DNA of 64,000 nt from assembly GCA_041170435.1 (NCBI GenBank), contig JBEAYU010000045.1, forward strand, positions 7,975 through 71,974, read 5' to 3'. Shown piece by piece: positions 43,735-53,103 of the stretch. Both the position numbers and the translations under genes were made by a program. The notes beneath the pieces were generated by a model, which ran no database searches, had not been told where the DNA came from, and was given only the letters and a program-made list of their open reading frames with translations. The stretch comes from Bacteroidota bacterium (lineage in GTDB: Bacteria; Bacteroidota; Ignavibacteria; Kapaibacteriales; Kapaibacteriaceae). Each line of letters starts with the position of its first letter. Position 1 is the first letter of the stretch.

Positions 43735-44619
43735 ATGACCATGCTGTACCGGCAGCCCATATTTCCGATCGATTCCTCCGTGCTTCGTCTGATTCAGTTC
43801 GCGTTGCACGAGGATATTGGTACGGGCGACATCACAAGTGATTGTTGCATTCCTCATACGGCTCGAGCTGCTGCACGATTCATCGTCAAGGAACAGGGCA
43901 TCATCTGTGGCTTGCCGGTCCTTCCGATCATCTTCCGACAGCTTTCCGACGATGTGAATATTGACATCCTTGTCGAAGAGGGCAGCATCTGCAGTCCCGG
44001 CACCGTTGTGGCCAGGATTGAGGGTCCGGCCCAAGTGTTGCTGACCGGTGAACGAACGGCCCTGAACTTCATCCAAAGAATGAGCGGGGTTGCCACCAAA
44101 ACCCGCACGTATGTTGACAGGATAGAAGGGACCAGCGCGCAGATACTTGATACCCGAAAGACAATTCCCGGCTGGCGCCTAATCGATAAGTACGCGACGG
44201 TCATTGGCGGAGCACGGAATCATCGATTTGGTCTCTACGACATGGTCATGCTGAAAGACAACCACATCGCTGCATGCGGGGGCATACGCAATGCCGTAGA
44301 ACGTGTGATCTCGGAGCTTCGGTCCCACAAGGCCATTCGAATCGAGGTCGAAGCCCAGTCACTGGAAGATGTGGCCGAGGTTCTGCAGTGTTCGGGGGTT
44401 CACAGAGTCATGTTCGACAATTTCACCCCTGATCTGGTGGCCAAGGGCGTTCGCATGGTTGCCCACCAGCTTGAAACCGAGGCAAGTGGCAATATCACGC
44501 TGACGAATTTGCGTGAGTACGCTCAGACTGGTGTGGACTTTATCAGCGTCGGCGCGATCACACACAGTGCTGTGGCGCTTGACATCTCCATGAAATTCAT
44601 TTTGCCCCGTTCGATTTAA
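43735..44619 (+). CDS. nadC: Nicotinate-nucleotide pyrophosphorylase (carboxylating)
   Basis: GERTALNFIQRMSGVAT, DTRKTIPGWR, LKDNHI and SGNITL motifs. Confidence 0.93.
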   Translation: MTMLYRQPIFPIDSSVLRLIQFALHEDIGTGDITSDCCIPHTARAAARFIVKEQGIICGLPVLPIIFRQLSDDVNIDILVEEGSICSPGTVVARIEGPAQVLLTGERTALNFIQRMSGVATKTRTYVDRIEGTSAQILDTRKTIPGWRLIDKYATVIGGARNHRFGLYDMVMLKDNHIAACGGIRNAVERVISELRSHKAIRIEVEAQSLEDVAEVLQCSGVHRVMFDNFTPDLVAKGVRMVAHQLETEASGNITLTNLREYAQTGVDFISVGAITHSAVALDISMKFILPRSI

Positions 44620-44941
44620 CTCCGCGTCTTGGCTTTGCCGCGCTCACTGCTACTGCTGGCTTCGGCATTGTCGGAGAGATCTTCTTTGCCGAGCCATCCT
44701 TCGGACCTGTAACGTCGAAGAGAGATGGCAGGGGGCCTTCCAGCACGTACGAACGACGTCCGATCTCATACTTGATCGGCAGGTCGAGACCATTGATCAT
44801 GTAGTCGAAATCGCGGGCAACAGTGCGTTGACTGACGTCTAGGAGACGCGCCATGTGGCCGGCGGTGACGCGCTGGCCGTTGGTGAGGTGCTGGAGGATG
44901 ACCCGTATGCGGATCAGCATGGGGCGTGACATGGACTTCAT
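44597..44941 (-). CDS. Small HTH (HTH_11/DeoR-N-like) DNA-binding protein
   Basis: RIRVILQHLTNGQRVTAGHMARLLDVSQRTVARDFDYM is a winged-helix motif. Start uncertain (Met 44941 or 44932). Downstream of rpoN. The 3' end converges on nadC with a 23-nt overlap. Confidence 0.55.
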   Translation of the reverse strand: MKSMSRPMLIRIRVILQHLTNGQRVTAGHMARLLDVSQRTVARDFDYMINGLDLPIKYEIGRRSYVLEGPLPSLFDVTGPKDGSAKKISPTMPKPAVAVSAAKPRRGVKSNGAK

Positions 44942-45110
44942 ATGGACAACGAACAACGACGATAGAATCATTCAATGCTACGACGCTCAATATGTCAAAG
45001 ACTGTCATAGTGTGCCAATTGGCCCATAAATCATCACGAAGGGTACGTTCGCAGGATGGAACCAGCTCTATTCTTCGTGGGATGTCACTGTACCTACGTG
45101 ACCGAAGGGG

Positions 45111-46748
45111 TCACAATTCTTTGCGAAGACGGGCAACGGGTATGCGAAGTTGCTCGCGATACTTTGCCACGGTGCGACGAGCAACATTGAACCCAAGCTT
45201 CTTGAGGTCCTTGCAGATCTTTTCGTCGCTCAATGGCTTGCTCTTCGACTCAGCATCGATCAGCTCCTTGATCTTCTGCTTGATGACGCGTGTGGAGACC
45301 TCTTCACCGTCATCTGTGGTCAGAGATTCACTGAAGAAGTACTTCAGCTCGAACGTTCCAAACGAGGTCAGCACGTACTTGGCATTGACGATGCGGCAAA
45401 CGGTCGAGATATCCAGCCCCGTGATCTCAGATACATCTCGGTAGATAAGGGGCTTAAGGTGTTCCGGTCCCCTGCGGAAGAACTCCTGCTGAAGGCCAAC
45501 GATGGACGTCATGACGCGCAACATGGTGTTCTTCCGCTGGCGCAGTGCCTGCATGAGGAACTTAGCATCCTCGTACTTTTTGCGCAGAAACTCCCTTGTT
45601 TCCCGATTGAACTTCAGAAACCGGGCCTCTTTTTTCAATCGCTCATAGGCCGTGCTCACCCGCAGGGTCGGTAGTCGAGAGTCATTGACGGTGATCAGAA
45701 AATCCGTCCCGTCTTCAGTGAGTTCCACCGTAAAGTCCGGTACAACGGTGTTCATCTCGGCTGAGATCGTGCCCCCACCTGGCCGGGGCGTTAGGTGACG
45801 GATTACATCAAGAGCTTCACGTAGGTAGGATGCGGTCACATCGAGCTGCCGTTCGATGACGTGATAGTGCTTCATCGCAAACGGTTCGTATGCCTTAGTA
45901 AGAACCAACAGCGCCAGCTTCTGTGCGGCGTTGGGCCGTTCGATGCAGCGGAGTTGTGAGACCAGACACTCCTGAACGGTACGTGACGCGATGCCCGGTG
46001 GGTCGAGGGATTGTACTTTCTTGAGGACGCTCTCGGCCTGTTCCATCGTCAGCGGCACGGTGAGGCGGTCAATCCCTTCGATCAGATCACGTTGGTAAAG
46101 CGCAACACGAACGCCGCGTTCGATCTGATGGAGGGCAAGATTGTGCTCGCTGAATCGGTTGTTCGTCTCTTCGAGAAGCTCATCCAAGGGTCGTCGCAAG
46201 TACCCGTCGTCATCGATACTTCCGATGATATACTGGCCGAACTCGTGTTCCTCGGCAGTCAACGGCATATACCGCAGTTGCTCTAGGAGATCTTCTTCAA
46301 CGGTCGGTTCGGTGCCGATCTGGAAACGATAGTCTTCTTCGTCGTCCTCTGCCGGTCCTGCATCGCCCCCTGAGGCAGACGCGTCATCTCCAAGCAGGAG
46401 CTTCTGGAACTCGAATGCCTCGGACATATCGAACTCCTGCTGATCAAGCGGCGTCTGAGACACATCGTCGATGGATGCTCCCTCGGGACGAAGGGCTGAC
46501 ATTTCGGGCGCCGGCGCCGCGTATGCGGTGGATTCAGCTGAGCCTTCGCCGTCTCCCGTCACACGATCAGCTTCCTCAGGGGTGACCTCGTTTTCGGAGG
46601 CCTCCTCGAGCATAGGATTGTTTTCGAGTTCGATGCGGACATGCTGCTCAAGCTGCAAGAGGGGCAGCTGTAGCATCTTGAGGTACTGGATCTGCTGCGG
46701 AGTCAGTGACTGCTGCAGTCCCGTCTGGAGGTTGAGACCCACCTTCAT
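45111..46748 (-). CDS. rpoN: RNA polymerase sigma-54 factor
   Basis: Gln/Leu-rich region I (LQQSLTPQQIQYLKMLQLPLLQLEQ), acidic region II, core-binding domain, and the C-terminal RpoN box ARRTVAKYRE. Confidence 0.95.
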   Translation of the reverse strand: MKVGLNLQTGLQQSLTPQQIQYLKMLQLPLLQLEQHVRIELENNPMLEEASENEVTPEEADRVTGDGEGSAESTAYAAPAPEMSALRPEGASIDDVSQTPLDQQEFDMSEAFEFQKLLLGDDASASGGDAGPAEDDEEDYRFQIGTEPTVEEDLLEQLRYMPLTAEEHEFGQYIIGSIDDDGYLRRPLDELLEETNNRFSEHNLALHQIERGVRVALYQRDLIEGIDRLTVPLTMEQAESVLKKVQSLDPPGIASRTVQECLVSQLRCIERPNAAQKLALLVLTKAYEPFAMKHYHVIERQLDVTASYLREALDVIRHLTPRPGGGTISAEMNTVVPDFTVELTEDGTDFLITVNDSRLPTLRVSTAYERLKKEARFLKFNRETREFLRKKYEDAKFLMQALRQRKNTMLRVMTSIVGLQQEFFRRGPEHLKPLIYRDVSEITGLDISTVCRIVNAKYVLTSFGTFELKYFFSESLTTDDGEEVSTRVIKQKIKELIDAESKSKPLSDEKICKDLKKLGFNVARRTVAKYREQLRIPVARLRKEL

Positions 46749-47317
46749 GCGTCACCTCCGTCTTGACCTTTGGCGGCGGCAACGATGCGCTTGTAGAGGT
46801 CCTCACCGTATGCTCGTACAAGCGCTTCACGCAGTGACTCAACCAAGGGCAGGCCGAGTTCAGCGCCAAGTGCTCTTCCAGGTTCGCATTCGTCGATCTT
46901 CTCGTAGTGCAAGTACGGCCCACCGAAGTTTGCAACGCGAATAGGGAAGAGGTGGCAGGAAAGGGGCTTGCGGAACGACGATGTGCCGCTCAACCACGCG
47001 CGCTCAAGTGCGCACTTGGCTACGTCGCTCTCATAGTACACGAAGACGCAATCCGCCTCATCAAGGCATGCCACAGAAAGGTCGCCAGGGGAACCCTCAA
47101 CAGGGTCGTTCTCTTCAAGCCACGCCCGCGACCGGTCCGGCAAAAACTCTAGTGAAGTTGAGATCGCTGCTCTGAGTGGTTCGACTTCACCCTCCAGAAG
47201 AGGTGCTCCGGCCCCACCTTTCATGGTGCAACAGGCCCCCTTGCACTGCCGCAGATCGCAGGCGAAGGATGCACCGAGAACCTGTTCTTGAATCAGAAGA
47301 TGGTCGAGCAGAATCAT
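46745..47317 (-). CDS. DUF3109 family protein
   Basis: CDLRQCKGACCTMKGGAGAPLLEGE Cys motif. ATGA overlap with the rpoN start. Confidence 0.65.
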   Translation of the reverse strand: MILLDHLLIQEQVLGASFACDLRQCKGACCTMKGGAGAPLLEGEVEPLRAAISTSLEFLPDRSRAWLEENDPVEGSPGDLSVACLDEADCVFVYYESDVAKCALERAWLSGTSSFRKPLSCHLFPIRVANFGGPYLHYEKIDECEPGRALGAELGLPLVESLREALVRAYGEDLYKRIVAAAKGQDGGDA

Positions 47318-47361
47318 GCTTCCGAAAATTTAGCACGATTCTTGCTAGGAATAATCCACAG

Positions 47362-49587
47362 CTACGCGCGGGCCCGCAAACGCAGGGAGTTTGACACGAC
47401 GGTCACCGAGCTCATGGCCATGGCAAAAGCAGCGTACATCGGGGTGAGCTGCAATCCGAGTAGGGGAATGAGCGCGCCTGCAGCCAGAGGGATGCCAAGG
47501 ACGTTGTAGATGAAAGCCAGAACGAAGTTTTGGCGAATGATCTTCATGGTTGCCGCCGAAACGTGCAGTGCCTCGATGATGGATCGAAGGTCGTTCCGCA
47601 TGAGCGTGAGATCCGCCGACGTTTTTGCGATGTCAGTGGCTGATCCGACGGCGACGCCAACATCGGCCTGGGCCAGACACGGAGCGTCATTGATCCCATC
47701 CCCCACCATGGCAACCACTGAGCCCCTTTTCTGCAGCAAAGCGATGGCATCTCGTTTTCCGTCGGGATCGACGGAATGAACGACGTCTGTGATGCCGAGG
47801 CGTCCGGCGATGGACAACGCCGCCTCTTTCCGGTCGCCGGTGAGCATGACGATGCGGAGGCCACTCAAGCGTAGCGCGTTGATGACCTCGGTCGACTCCG
47901 GGCGCAGTTCATCGGCGATACCAATTGCAACGCATACAACACCGTCGATGCTGACAAAGACCGAAGTCAGGCCCGCCGAGGCATCCGCATCAGCGGCATC
48001 TTGTAGTTGCTGAGGAATCAGCAGCAGCGACTCGCTCATGAGGCCGCTGCTGCCGATGCGGACGCGGCTACCGCTGACGCTTCCGGTTGTGCCGCGCCCG
48101 GGAATGGTCCGCACATCGGTCGTATCGAACAGTTCAGCTCCGGCAGTGTTGCACCATTCTCGTACGGCTCGTGCTAGGGGGTGCTCCGATCGGTGTTCGA
48201 GGCTGTTGGCGAGCGAGACCACGTGATGGCGATCCAAGCGTGGATGGTCGATCTGCGTCCATCGTTGCACACGCGGCTGCCCCATCGTGAGTGTTCCGGT
48301 CTTGTCGAGAACGATGGTATCGACCGAATCTAGGCGTTCCAGGCTGGCAGCATTGGCAAACAGAATGCCCCGCCTGGCAGCAGCGCCGGTTCCGGCAATG
48401 ATGGCCGTTGGCGTGGCAAGGCCAAGTGCACAAGGACAGGCGATCACGAGCACCGACACCGCAAGCATCAGTGGACGCCCGGTGGCACCTGCCTGTGGAT
48501 CTGCCAGAAGCCAAACAACATAGGTCGCTATAGCGGCAACAACGACGATCGGCACAAAGACGCCGCTGATCCTGTCTGCCATCCGCTGAATAGGAGCCTT
48601 GCTCGACTGTGCGGATTCCACTGAGCGAATGATGCCGGCAAGTACCGTATCGGCGCCGACTGCCGTGGCTCTGACTGTGAAGGAGCCTAGAGTGTTGAGG
48701 GACCCGCCAATGACAGGGTCATTGACGCCGCGCTCAACGGGAATGCTCTCCCCGGTGAGCATCGATTCATCGATGGCCGATGACCCAGTGATGATGATAC
48801 CGTCGACGGGAATCTGTTCACCAGGGCGAACGACGAAGACATCGCCAACGAGAACTTCCGATGCGCTGACGACCTGCTCGCGACCGTCTCGAATGATCGA
48901 GGCATGTTGGACGTGGTGTCTGAGTAGGGATGCGAGCGTGTCTGCCGTACGTTGCTTGGCTCTGGACTCCAGCCACTTGCCCAGTAGTACCAATGCAATG
49001 ATCGTGGTGGTCGAGTCGTAGTACGCGCCTGCATGCGCGTGTTCCGCAAACTGCTCCGGTATGAACGTCATCAGAACGCTTATGACGAATGCCGATCCCG
49101 TACCAAGGGTCACCAGCGTATCCATAGTAGCTCTTCCGTGACGTGCGGCAATGAATGCGCCACGAAAGAACATCCGTCCGGACCAAAGAACGGGAAGTGT
49201 CAGCACCAGAAGGATCTCGTTGACGTGCGCAAATCCAAGGCCAGTCATGGCCGACATTGCAATGAGCACAACGGCAGCGCTAAAGGGGGCTGCAATGAGA
49301 AGTGATTGACGATACTCGTGAGCAGGAGCTTCCAGACGCCTGATGAACTCAGTGTCATCTGTCCTGCTGTGCTGACCATACACTGCCTCAACTGCATACC
49401 CGGCCGAGACCACGGCATCGCGGAGGGTTTGGTCATCTACGTTGTCACTTATCTCAACAGTTGCACTGTTCGTGACGAGGTTTACCGACGCCGATGCAAC
49501 ACCCTGCACCTTCAATAATCCCTGTTCAACGGCCGAGACACAGGCCGAGCAGTGCATGCCGGCGATATCGATGATCCGGGTTGTCAC
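47362..49587 (-). CDS. copA: Copper-translocating P1B-type ATPase
   Basis: N-terminal HMA domain [13 protein letters not shown] motif ([12 protein letters not shown]), [18 protein letters not shown] start directly adjacent to the msrA stop. Confidence 0.92.
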   Translation of the reverse strand: MTTRIIDIAGMHCSACVSAVEQGLLKVQGVASASVNLVTNSATVEISDNVDDQTLRDAVVSAGYAVEAVYGQHSRTDDTEFIRRLEAPAHEYRQSLLIAAPFSAAVVLIAMSAMTGLGFAHVNEILLVLTLPVLWSGRMFFRGAFIAARHGRATMDTLVTLGTGSAFVISVLMTFIPEQFAEHAHAGAYYDSTTTIIALVLLGKWLESRAKQRTADTLASLLRHHVQHASIIRDGREQVVSASEVLVGDVFVVRPGEQIPVDGIIITGSSAIDESMLTGESIPVERGVNDPVIGGSLNTLGSFTVRATAVGADTVLAGIIRSVESAQSSKAPIQRMADRISGVFVPIVVVAAIATYVVWLLADPQAGATGRPLMLAVSVLVIACPCALGLATPTAIIAGTGAAARRGILFANAASLERLDSVDTIVLDKTGTLTMGQPRVQRWTQIDHPRLDRHHVVSLANSLEHRSEHPLARAVREWCNTAGAELFDTTDVRTIPGRGTTGSVSGSRVRIGSSGLMSESLLLIPQQLQDAADADASAGLTSVFVSIDGVVCVAIGIADELRPESTEVINALRLSGLRIVMLTGDRKEAALSIAGRLGITDVVHSVDPDGKRDAIALLQKRGSVVAMVGDGINDAPCLAQADVGVAVGSATDIAKTSADLTLMRNDLRSIIEALHVSAATMKIIRQNFVLAFIYNVLGIPLAAGALIPLLGLQLTPMYAAFAMAMSSVTVVSNSLRLRARA

Positions 49588-50265
49588 TTAACGTGCATCG
49601 GAACGGAGTCGATCTTTGAACTGCTTTTTGAACTTCTCAACCTTTGGTCTGACAACGAAGGCGCAATATGGCTGAGCGCCATTCTGCTCGTAGTAGTTCT
49701 GATGATACTCCTCGGCCTTGTAGAACGTCGTCGCCGGCGTGATCTCCGTCACGATCGGGTCGCTCCATGTGCCCGACGCAGTGAGCTGCTGAACATACTC
49801 TCTGCTGATTGCTGCTTGCTCGTCGCTGTGCGTATAAATGGCGCTTCTGTACTGTGTACCGACATCGTTACCCTGTCGATTAAGCGTCGTAGGGTCATGA
49901 GAGGCAAAGAAGATCTGCAGAATGTCTGCGAACGAAATCACCGCTGGATTAAACGTCACCCTGCATACCTCCGCATGGCCCGTGGTGCCCTCACAGACCT
50001 GCTTGTAGGTGGGGTTGGGAACGGATCCTCCGGTGTAGCCACTCTCGACGGCAATGACGCCTTCGACCAGTTCGAAGACGGCTTCGACACACCAGAAACA
50101 GCCGCCGCCAAGGGTGGCGACCTCACGATGTTGCGATGAATCCATATGAGCTGAGGATGATGAGTGAAAGGAAGGAGGCTGTTGACGCGCCTCGACGCAT
50201 CCTGCCGCGGCAAGGACGGCGCAGAGGATCATGAAAATCTGTGTTCGAAGAGTCTGATGGCTCAT
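49588..50265 (-). CDS. msrA: Peptide-methionine (S)-S-oxide reductase MsrA with lipoprotein-type signal peptide
   Basis: GGGCFWCVEAVF catalytic motif. N-terminal FMILCAVLAAAGC resembles a lipobox. Confidence 0.9.
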   Translation of the reverse strand: MSHQTLRTQIFMILCAVLAAAGCVEARQQPPSFHSSSSAHMDSSQHREVATLGGGCFWCVEAVFELVEGVIAVESGYTGGSVPNPTYKQVCEGTTGHAEVCRVTFNPAVISFADILQIFFASHDPTTLNRQGNDVGTQYRSAIYTHSDEQAAISREYVQQLTASGTWSDPIVTEITPATTFYKAEEYHQNYYEQNGAQPYCAFVVRPKVEKFKKQFKDRLRSDAR

Positions 50266-50451
50266 GTAGCTGATCGTGCGATGCTGAATCCAAGAAATGC
50301 CATGAGTATCCCACCCAGGAATGTGAAAGCGGAATAGGTTGCGAGTGACAGCACCGCATGACGTTCCAACATGGCTGTTGTTTCACAGCGAACGCCGAAT
50401 TCGTTGTGAAACCGCCGCAAACTACGCCGCCAGGCAAATATCTTTGCCGTC

Positions 50452-52908
50452 ATGAAAACATCCGTCACTCTGGTTGCGATCTTCGTTTGCGCCGCCATGC
50501 TGCGTGCACAGGCCCCTTTTATTCATACCAACACCATGGTCGATGCACCGGGATCCGAGCCACGTGAGCATCCACTGGATGTGGAGCGCATGACGCTCCG
50601 CGTGCGCTTCGATCCGCCAAAGGGGATCGTCTACGGAGCCGTCACACATGTGTTCAGGGTCCTTCAGCCCGTGGTTGACTCCGTTGAGTTTGATGCGATC
50701 CGAATCCGTGTGTCATCTGCAAAGCTCGGATCACGAACGATCAGGTATCGATCCACCGATACGTCAGTTATCGCCTACTTCTCGCCAGCGTTGACCTGGG
50801 ACGTGTATGACTCGCTGACCTTCGTGTACGAAGCGATCCCACGGAAAGGTATCTACTTCATCGGGTGGAACGACCCGTCCAATCGGATGCGAAAGCAGAT
50901 TTGGACGCAGGGACAGGGCATCGATAATCGTCACTGGATCCCGATGTATGACGAGATGAACGACAAGATGATCACCGAGACGATCACCACCTTTGACGGT
51001 GAATACGAGGTGCTCTCGAATGGTACCAGGCTTGGGGTGGCAAAAAATGTCGATGGTAGCAAGACCTGGCACTACACCATGACGCGGCCGCATGCTTCCT
51101 ATCTGTTGATGCTTGCCATCGGGAAATACACCATCACTGAGAAACGATCTGCAAGCGGCGTTCCGATCAGACTGTACTCCTATCCCGAGCATCCTGAACG
51201 CATCGATCCAACGTACATGTACAGCGTTGAGTCGATGGACTTTCTCGAGAAAGAGATCGGCGTCCCGTATCCATGGGAATCGTACAGTCAGGTGCCAGTG
51301 GCCGACTACATCTTTGGTGCGATGGAGAATACCACGGCAACGATCTTCGGTGACTTTTCACAAACGGATCGACGCAGCTGGCTCGATCGCTCGTACGTCA
51401 ACACAAACGTCCATGAACTTACTCACCAGTGGTTTGGAGACCTGGTCACGGCACGCAGCAATAAGTCGGTATGGCTTCAAGAGAGCTTTGCCACCTTCTA
51501 CCCCCATCTGTTCATTCGAAACACCCCGGCGCTCGGAGGTGAAGATGGCTATCAGTGGAGCAGACGTGGGATGCACCGCAGCGCTCTAAGTGCAGCGGAG
51601 TCAGACCGCCTGCCGATCGTGCACCCATCGCCGGGTTCGGCGCGGATCTACCCCAAGGGCGCTAGCGTGCTGGACATGATGGCCTACGTTTTCGGCGATT
51701 CGGCCCTGCGTAGGGTGATTCGCCACTACACGCTGCGGCACATGTATCAGAACGTGGAGACCAATGATCTCTACCAGTCTTTCCAGGACACGCTTGGTGT
51801 GGCCCCGGAGAGGTTCTTCGATCAGTGGCTCTACAAAGGTGGCGAGCCCCATTACCGTGTGAGTCATTCCCCCGGAAGTACGCTGATCGATGGATCATTG
51901 ACGCCGTGTACGATCGTCACCATTGATCAGATCCATCAGACGGACGCGCTGACAGGTCTCTTCCAAATGCCGATCACTCTGGAAGTGTACTATGCCGATG
52001 GGACCAGTCGACGTGTCAGAACAGATGTTTCGAAGCAGAGCACAACGGTCGCGGTTCCCAACGCAGGCAATCAACAAGTTCTATTCGTTCTGTTCGACCC
52101 TGGCTCGTATATCCTGAAGAAGGTCACGTTCAATAAATCATGGGACGAACGCCGCGAGCAGCTGGCACGGGCCAAGAACATGATCGATAGATACGACGCT
52201 CTTGAGTCGATGCGCGGTGACATCGATCGCAATGACGAACGAGTACGGATTCTTTCGGATGTCATGTCCAAGGAGACGTTCCATGCCATGCGGTCCGAAG
52301 CCGTCATGCAAGCAGTGGAAATGGCATCCAACGGCACAAAGACAGCATGGAAGATCGTCGAAAAGGGGCTTGCGGACCCACACGTCGAGGTGCGGAAGTC
52401 TGCCATCAACTCGATGACCGAGGTTCCAAGGGAATTGCGGGATGACGTCGAAGCCCTGCTGGCCGATTCATCGTATGCGGTCATTCAGACTGCCTTGGCC
52501 AAGTTGGCGCGGTCATTCCCCGCCGATGTCAGGCGGATCGTCTCGAAGGTCGCAGATGTCCGCGGAGCTCATGAGCGTGTTCGTATCGCCCGGCTTGAAC
52601 TCGAAGCCGAAGGGGGCTCGTCATCTGCCCTTGATGAACTTGCCGATCTTTCCGGTCCTGGATGGGAGTTCATCACCCGGCAAAACGCGATGGCCGCAAT
52701 TCGGCGCCTCGGAATGGTCACTCCGGCGGCGGCTGCCAACATGATCTCCGCCGTGCTTGGAACGAACAACCGACTGAGCGCAACGGCCAGTGGCATCGTC
52801 ACCGCCCTTTGCGAGCAGCCACGCCTGAAGGCCATTTTCCGTCAAGCCGTTGATCTGCAACAACTTGGACCACATCAGAAGAGTCTTCTAGCGCCTATTC
52901 TGCGCTAA
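50452..52908 (+). CDS. M1 family metallopeptidase (aminopeptidase N-like) with C-terminal HEAT-like repeats
   Basis: Signal peptide, GAMENT exopeptidase motif, HELTHQWFGDLVT...WLQESFA zinc site. Confidence 0.9.
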   Translation: MKTSVTLVAIFVCAAMLRAQAPFIHTNTMVDAPGSEPREHPLDVERMTLRVRFDPPKGIVYGAVTHVFRVLQPVVDSVEFDAIRIRVSSAKLGSRTIRYRSTDTSVIAYFSPALTWDVYDSLTFVYEAIPRKGIYFIGWNDPSNRMRKQIWTQGQGIDNRHWIPMYDEMNDKMITETITTFDGEYEVLSNGTRLGVAKNVDGSKTWHYTMTRPHASYLLMLAIGKYTITEKRSASGVPIRLYSYPEHPERIDPTYMYSVESMDFLEKEIGVPYPWESYSQVPVADYIFGAMENTTATIFGDFSQTDRRSWLDRSYVNTNVHELTHQWFGDLVTARSNKSVWLQESFATFYPHLFIRNTPALGGEDGYQWSRRGMHRSALSAAESDRLPIVHPSPGSARIYPKGASVLDMMAYVFGDSALRRVIRHYTLRHMYQNVETNDLYQSFQDTLGVAPERFFDQWLYKGGEPHYRVSHSPGSTLIDGSLTPCTIVTIDQIHQTDALTGLFQMPITLEVYYADGTSRRVRTDVSKQSTTVAVPNAGNQQVLFVLFDPGSYILKKVTFNKSWDERREQLARAKNMIDRYDALESMRGDIDRNDERVRILSDVMSKETFHAMRSEAVMQAVEMASNGTKTAWKIVEKGLADPHVEVRKSAINSMTEVPRELRDDVEALLADSSYAVIQTALAKLARSFPADVRRIVSKVADVRGAHERVRIARLELEAEGGSSSALDELADLSGPGWEFITRQNAMAAIRRLGMVTPAAAANMISAVLGTNNRLSATASGIVTALCEQPRLKAIFRQAVDLQQLGPHQKSLLAPILR

Positions 52909-52918
52909 ATTGAGAAAA

Positions 52919-52934
52919 TTGGTTCGGTTCTTGC
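52919..52934 (+). promoter_or_regulatory. Candidate sigma-54 promoter (TGGttcGgttcTTGCt)
   Basis: GG and GC elements at the canonical spacing of TGGCACG-N4-TTGCW. About 170 nt upstream of the Ig-repeat gene. rpoN is present in the window. Confidence 0.3.
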
Positions 52935-53103
52935 TTCGTACAACAGTCAGCTTTTGATTCAGCCACTGAAATGTGGTTGTTTCGGATGTCGACGTTGTCT
53001 ATTTTCGGCGGTCGTATGCCCGACGTAGGTCGAGGTGTGCGGCGTTCCTGTAACCACGATGAAGAACATGATTCGAAATACTCATTCAACTCCAGGAGGA
53101 GCT

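Noticed and set aside
45097-45115. Short hairpin gtgacc-gaagg-ggtcac overlapping the rpoN stop codon as a terminator
   Set aside because: It has only a 6-bp stem, no U-tract, and the downstream HTH gene is probably co-transcribed.
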